A program made the position numbers and the translations under genes. 64,000 nt of DNA. Origin: the human T2T-CHM13v2.0 reference genome, Homo sapiens. The stretch lies in NCBI RefSeq assembly GCF_009914755.1, contig NC_060928.1; one strand, given 5' to 3'. This document shows positions 56,529 to 64,000 of the stretch, one piece after another. The stretch's first letter is position 1. Each line of letters starts with the position of its first letter. Under the pieces are notes generated by a model. That model had not been told where the DNA came from. It did not search any database and saw nothing but the letters and a program-made list of their open reading frames with translations.

Positions 56529-59500
56529 TTTTCTGCTAACTTTGGACTTAGTTTGTTCTTCTTTTTCTAGTTCCTCGAGGTGTAAAGTTAGGTGGTTTAT
56601 TTAAGATTTCTTCATTTTTAATGTAGACTTTTGTCATGATAAGCTTCCCTCTTAGAACTGCTTTTGCTGTATCTCATGTTTTGGTATATTCCATTTTTAA
56701 CTCAAGGTATTTTTTGATTTCCCTTTTGATTTCTTCTTTGATCCATTGGTTGTTCAGGAGTGTGTTATTTAATGGACACATATTCATGAATTTTCTAATT
56801 TTCCTTTTGTTATTGATGTCTAGTTTTATACCATTGTGATTAGAAAATATGCTTGATATAATTCCAGTCTTCTCAAATGTATTTATACTTGTTTTGTGGT
56901 CAAACGTATGATCTGTCCTGGAGAAAATTGTGTGTGTGCTTAACAAGAATGAGTATTTTTCTGCTGTTGGATGGAATGTTCAGTATATGTCTGTTAGGGC
57001 CATTTGGTCTACAGTATGATTTAAGTCCACTGTTTTCTCATTGATTTTCTGTCTAGATTATCTATTAATTGTTGAAATGGGGGTACTGAAGTTCCCTATT
57101 ATTACTCTATTTCTCCCTTCAAATCTGTTAACATGTGCTTTATATGTTTATGTGCTCCAGTGTTGGGTGATATATTTTATAATTGCTACATCCTCTTAAT
57201 GAATTTATCCCTTTGCCATTATATAATGACCTCCTTTGCATCTTGTGTCAGTTTTTGATTTAAAGTCTATTTTGTCTAATGTAAGTATGGTCATTCATGC
57301 TTTCTTTTGGTTATCATTTGCATGGAATGTCTTTTCCATCCCTTCATTTTAATCCTATCTGTATCCTTAAAGCTAAAATGTATCTCTTGTAGACAGCATT
57401 TTGTTCAATCTTGTTTTTTATCCATTCAGCCACTCCAGCTCTTTTATTAGAGAATAATTCATCTACATTTCAAATAATTATTGATAGGTAAGGACTTACT
57501 ATTACCATTTTGGTCATTGTTTTATGACTTTTGTTGTTCCTTTTTTCCTCTCTTGCTGTCTTGCTTTATGGTTTGTTTATTTTTGTGGTAGTATCCTTTG
57601 ATTCCTTTCTTGTTATCTTTTGTGTCTCTACTAGAGGTTTTTCCTTTATGGTTACCATAAGGCTTGCATAAGACACCATATAATTATAATGATCTACTCT
57701 AAGTTAATAACAATTTCAATTGCACAGAAAACTATACACTGTTACTTCTACATACACGCATTTTATGTTATTGATGTCACAATTTACATCTTCTATTGTG
57801 TACCCATTAACAAATTATTTTAGCTATAGTTATTTTTAATACTTTTGTCAATTTTTGTTCTAGAATTAAAAGTTATTTACACACCACCATTATAGTATTT
57901 TAGTATTCTGAAGTTTACTATATGCCTACCTTTACCAGTGAGTTTTATGCTTTAATATATTTTCATATTACTAATTAGCATTCTTTCATTTCAACTTAAA
58001 GAACTTCCTTTATCATTCCTCATAAGGCAGGTCTAGTAGTGATGAATTCCCTCAGCTTCTGTTTGTCTGGGAAAATAGCTCTCCTTTATTTCTGAAGGAC
58101 AGCTATGCCAGGTATAGTGTTCTTGGTTGGCAATTTTTTTCTTTCAGCACTTTGAATATATCATCCCACTCTTACTTGGCCTGCAAGGTTTCTGCCAATA
58201 AATTTGCTTATAGCCTTATGGAGGGGGGTTTACTCATATGTTACAAGTTGTTTTTTCTCTTTCTGCTTTCAAGATTATCTTTTTGTCTTTAACTTTTGAC
58301 AACTTTATTATAATATGTCTTGGTGTAATCTTCTTTGGGTTGATTCTACTGGGGACACTGGAGCTTCATGAACCTGGGTGTTCATATCGCTCCTAAAATT
58401 TGGAAAGTTTTAGCCTTCATTTCTTTAAATAAGCCTTCTGCCCTCTTTCCTGCTTCTTTTTTCTGGGACTTCCTAATTGTATATATTGGTTCACTTGATG
58501 GTGTCCCATAAATTTGCAGAATTTCTTCACTCTTTTTCATTTCTTTTTTCCCCCCTTCTGACTGGGTAATTTCAAATGACCTACCTTGAAGTTTACAAAT
58601 TCTTTCTTCTGTTTGATCAAGTCTGCTGTTGAAGCTCTCTATTGCTCTTTTCATTTCACTCATTGTATTTTTCAGCTCCAGAATTTAATTTTTTTTTTTT
58701 TACATTTCTCTTTGCTCATCTTCTAGCTTTGTTCGTGTATTGTTTTCCTGAATTTACTGAGTTTTCTGTTTTATTTTGTAGTTTGCTGAGCTTCCTTAAA
58801 ACAAGTATTTTGAATTCTTCATCAGGTAATGTCTAGATATCCATTTATTTGGGGTTGGTTACTGAAAAATTACTGTGCTGTTTGGTGATGTCGTGCTTCC
58901 TTGATTTTTTGTTTTTGTGTTTCTTGAAGTCTTACATTGCTCTCTTTACATGTGAAGAAGCAGTGACATCCTTCAGTCTTTGCTGGCTGACTTCAGGATA
59001 GAAGGACCTGCACCAGTCAGCCCAGCTAGGAATTCTGGGGTCACTCAGACCTTTTTTATGGATGTACCTGCTTCACTTCTCTTGCCCCTATTTGGTTGGT
59101 GGGGTGGGGGGTGGGTCTTAGAATTGTATGTCTTCTTTTGGTCCCACAAAGGCAGGCCAGGTGCAGTGAGCCTCCCATTTATTTTCCCTGGGGCAGTTCC
59201 CTGAAGTGTTTAAGATCAAACACCTTTACACCTTCTGCCAATCCTGCAGAGTTGATCTGGCTGTCTGCATGTGTTTGTGCATAATTTGCAGAGACTCACA
59301 TGCACCATCTGTAAGGGCATGCATGAGATGCCAGCTACAGGAGTGGGGGGCTTGGAGTGCTGGGGATGCATGTTGGCCAGTTAGGGGAGCTGCAGGTGAT
59401 GTGTTCTATGAGGTTTGTGGGCAGTCCTCTTAGTGAAGTTCTTGAGGCAGTTAGTAGAAACCATGGCCCTTTGTTGAATTCCACTCCCCACTTGTTGTGA

Positions 59501-59951
59501 GCCCCCACCTTTTTCCTCTGCTCCTTGCTATCCCATGATTATTCAGCTATGCTGATATTCCCAGTGATCTGAGTGGAACAAGACGGAAGTGTGGCCCTGA
59601 GCATCATCCTGCATGGTTGGGGAAGCCAGTTCTCACTATGCTGTCACATTCCCCTGTTGGAGAAATTGCAGGCTGAAGGAGTTTCTCTTGGCACCAAGGT
59701 GTGCCACATTGGATAGATGATGTGGGTAAAGTGTTCAAAACTGTTTTTCTTAGCCTCTTCAATACATCTATTCTTGATTTTTTGTTTGTTTGTTCCAACA
59801 GGCACAGGGATTTCTCCATTGGACTCCTCTACTGGACTCTTGAGTACTCTCATCCACGGGTGATTGTCAGAATAAGTGTTTCTATGGGGAGCATGACGGC
59901 TGAAAACTCCTATTCCTATCTTACTTGTATTACCTCAAAGCCTTCCAATTT

Positions 59952-60470
59952 TAGAGAAAAAAATATTTTCAACCTAGAATTTTATACCTAGTCAAATAAT
60001 CAATCAGAAAAGAAAAAATAAAAGCCTTATTTGATCATCCAAAAATATATCAAGGAAAAGAGTCACTTTTTCTTAAGAAGTTACAGGAAGACATCCTCCA
60101 GCCCAAAAAAGGAATAAAAAAGAAACGAAGGTTTAAATTTGTTTTTGAAATTGAATATAGAGATACAACTGTATCTAGAGGAGAATAAGGGTGGATGAGG
60201 TAAGAATATGAGTGAGCTAAATTATCAACAGAAAATGTCTAAATTGGATAAATTAAGAACTAATTCTGTAAATACATTTTCTAGATTTATGGATAGATAT
60301 CCCAAAAGAACACAAGGAAACTGTTGAAATTGATTGCTTCTGGAGAATGAATGTGGAGTAGAGATCAGTGGAGCTAGGGACTATGACTTTTTATTACAAG
60401 CTCCTTGTTCTACTTTGTTTTTAAGCACATATATCAATTACTTTCATTTAATTATTTTTGTTTTAAATAC
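59952..60470 (+). mobile_element. Very old L1 ORF1-like / HAL1 remnant, right part
   Basis: tagagaaaaaaatattttcaacctagaattttatacctagtcaaa (FQPRILY motif) continues the sequence broken at 50140. Confidence 0.65.
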
Positions 60471-61554
60471 TTTTAAAGATTTAACAATACCTCAAATTAT
60501 GAACGTCATTTATCAATGTGCAGACACATGATTGAAGTACAAGTTAATAAGTCATTAATATAATTAGAATGTCTCAGTTTTTTTAACTCTAAAATGAAGA
60601 TATTAATGCCTACATCATGGGAATGTTATGATAATGTATGAATAGAAATTAGCATAATGCCTGACACATCATCAGGTCTCCAAGAATGATAGTTATTGTT
60701 ACTGGAAGACAGAAGATATGCTTGGTGATTCAGAGCCTAGCTCTGCCACTTACTACAAGCTGTGCAAGCTTGAATAAATCTTATTTTCCTCACCTGTAAC
60801 TTGAGAATAATAGTAGCCTTGCCTTTAAATAAGTTAAAGCATATAAAATGCTTATCACATCTCCTGTACTTAGTAAATACTTAATAAATGGTAGATATTA
60901 TTATTAAATAAATTGTAATTGTAATTGTTTTATTTTGATAGTTTTCCTGATTAGATATGTCTTAAGTGACAGGGCACATACAGATTCATTCAGATCCACC
61001 AGAAAGGAACTCCTGTCTAGATTTTCTTTACACCCTACTCTACTTTTTAGTGTGGCTAAAAGTGTGGCTCCTGAGCATCATCCTGTATGGTTGGGGAAAC
61101 TTTTAATATTCTATTTATGAGTGTTTCTAATCCCAAATTTAACAATGAACCAAAGAGAAAACCAAGTAAATTCTTTCCTGAGTACCCCTGTGGGCCCCAG
61201 AGGTGAAGAGGAGGAGGAAGGAAGAAAAAAAAGAATCTATATTGCAACTTCTGTTATCAAGGATAGAAAAGCGGGATTGTAATAGGTAAAAAGTGCTTTT
61301 TTTTAAGTGCATTAGTGTTTAGTGGGAAATACTGCTCAAATACATGTTATACAAAGTTATTTCATAAATAATACCAGAGAATGTATTATTAATAGAGTCC
61401 AAGATAACTTGCAAAAAAATCAGTGGACATTTTTCCTTATCTTCAGAGCAGGGTTTTTCCTGAGTGATCCAAAACGAGAAACATTTATCCTCTGTGAGAG
61501 AAGCATGCATAGGATTATTAACCAAAGGCAAGAGAATAAGGGCACAGACATTGT

Positions 61555-61745
61555 ATGCGTGTTCTGTGCCAGACACATATAGTTAACTCATTGAGTGCTC
61601 ACAAAAAAAACCCTTGATGGGCGTATGTTTGACCAATGAGGTAAATAAGGCTCAGAGACATCAAGTAACTTGTCCAAATGTATGCGGCTGGTAAAGGGTA
61701 GGGCAGAGATTTGAACCCATGACTCCAAAGTCTGTGCTCTTTCCA
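61555..61745 (-). mobile_element. MIR
   Basis: aatgaggtaaataaggctcagagacatcaagtaacttgtccaa...gcagagatttgaaccca. Confidence 0.75.
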
Positions 61746-62471
61746 TCAGACCTCCCTGGATGTCAGCCAGTCCACCACTGCCTGCTAGAGTGCCCTGGTT
61801 GGGGAATCTGGAGACGAAGGTTTAATTCCTGGTTTGACCACTGAATAATTTAGGCCAATTTACCCTTTTAAGGGTTTTACTGACTCTACTCAAAATATAA
61901 GAAAGAATAAATTCATGTTTATAATGTACTATGTAAAGCCTAAATATACTTTTCTTTTTAAAATATTCTTATACACAAATAAAAATTATACTCTCAAAAA
62001 GGAGTTTAGGAGCCCAAATTAAGGTCAGATTTCAATGTCTCCATTTCTTAACTAACCAGACACCAAATAATGTCTTTCCAAACAGCATAGATAATATTTT
62101 CTTGGAGCCTGGAAAATAAATGTCAATACTTGTGGTAGTTTCTGAAAATTTAAAAGTGCTAGCCCCAGTAAATATATACTGGGGAAGAAGGCAATATAAC
62201 CCAGGCCAATAAATATTCATCAAAAATGCTCACAGAGAAAATATGTGGGAATATGAATGTTTTGATTCAGAAGAAGAAAGTAACTTGATGCTAAGATCAA
62301 GCTGGGATAAGACTTTAGCTTAGGCCTTGCCTGGCTGCCTATGATGGCTGGTGCTGCTCACTATTACCTGAGAAGTCTGGGTCAGGCACAAAACTCATAT
62401 ACTTCTAGTGGGATGGAAATGCACTCCACAGATCTAAAACAGCCTTCTTTTTACTACCATAATAAATTGGA

Positions 62472-62785
62472 GGCCAGACATGGTGGCCCAGCCCTGTAAT
62501 CCTAGCACTGTGGGATGCCAAGGCAGAAGGATTGCTTGAGGCCCAGAGTTCAAGACCCAGCCTAGGTAACATAGTAAGATAGATCTCTAAAAAAAAACTT
62601 TTAAAAAAGAATTAGCCAGCCACAGTGGTGTGCACCTGTGGTCCCAGCTGTTTGGGAGGCTGAGGTGGGAAGATCACTCGAGCCCAGGAGTTTACCGCTT
62701 CAGTGAGCCATGATTGCACCACTATACCCCAGCCTGGGCAACAAAGTGAGAACCTGTCTCTAAAAATAAGTAGATAAATAAAAAT
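62472..62785 (+). mobile_element. Alu (AluJ-like)
   Basis: Full dimer with ggattgcttgaggcccagagttcaagacc and A-rich tail. Confidence 0.9.
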
Positions 62786-63693
<908 letters not shown>

Positions 63694-63864
63694 TAGATAT
63701 ATTGTTCTAAAGATGATCAGCATTGATAATCCAAGGCTAAAATTTTCCAAATTCATCAAGGAATGATTCACACTTCAATGCCTGCTTCCACAAAGGCTAC
63801 TACAGTGGGAGCTCAGCACTTGCCACCTACGAGGCTCATTGAAGTCCCTATTTCTGAGCCCTAG

Positions 63865-64000
63865 TGTGATGATTAATTAATTTTATGGATCAACTTGGCC
63901 AAGCCACAGTATCTACATATTTGGTCAAACATTATTCTAGATGTTTCTCTGAAGCTATTTTTTAGATGAGGTTAACATTTAAATTAGTAGACTTTGAGTA
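63865..64000 (+). mobile_element. MLT2 (HERV-L LTR) 5' part, runs off the window
   Basis: tgtgatgattaat..ttttatggatcaacttggc...tttggtcaaacattattctagatgtttctctgaag...gatgaggttaacatttaaattagtagactttgagta. Confidence 0.85.

Larger units (their letters stand above)
50317..59935 (-). mobile_element. Near full-length ancient L1 (L1MA9-like) with nested LTRs and Alu
   Basis: 3' end cagctttattaaggtataattgacaaataagaattgtatatatttaaggtg; ORF2 remnants (53828-54034, 54221-54410, 56674-56946); ORF1 remnant 58382-58663; 5' end ctcctattcctatctt. TSD caaagccttc(a/c)aattt at 50125-50140 and 59936-59951. Confidence 0.87.

Overview
Primate, human-like genomic DNA. It is AT-rich and roughly two-thirds interspersed repeats (L1, Alu, MIR/L2, ERV/MaLR LTRs, a mariner MITE). 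No intact cellular protein-coding gene, tRNA or full RNA gene is recognisable. The long ORFs are broken L1 ORF1/ORF2 remnants, and most short ORFs are Alu/LTR artefacts. Two TSD-bounded, near full-length ancient L1MA elements (609-16859 and 50141-59935, both minus strand) act as nesting platforms for younger insertions. The left one holds an L1PA element, which in turn holds a 1.84-kb processed retrocopy of an apparently non-coding spliced transcript containing an exonised Alu, plus an inverted second L1 5'UTR; a solo LTR12C sits in the old element's 5'UTR. The right one carries a probable 3' transduction, a ~500-bp AT-rich quasi-palindrome, a MaLR deletion junction with a templated hairpin, and an LTR7 (HERV-H) nested in a MER11 LTR. 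Between them are a 36-nt 5S rRNA retro-fragment with TSDs, an L1 3' transduction ending at a MER21 poly(A) site, a ~90-bp direct repeat around an L1MC fragment and a MADE1 hairpin. I find no evidence for a new multi-gene system. The interest lies in retrotransposition by-products and possible LTR promoters. Subfamily names are from memory of consensus sequences and need RepeatMasker confirmation.
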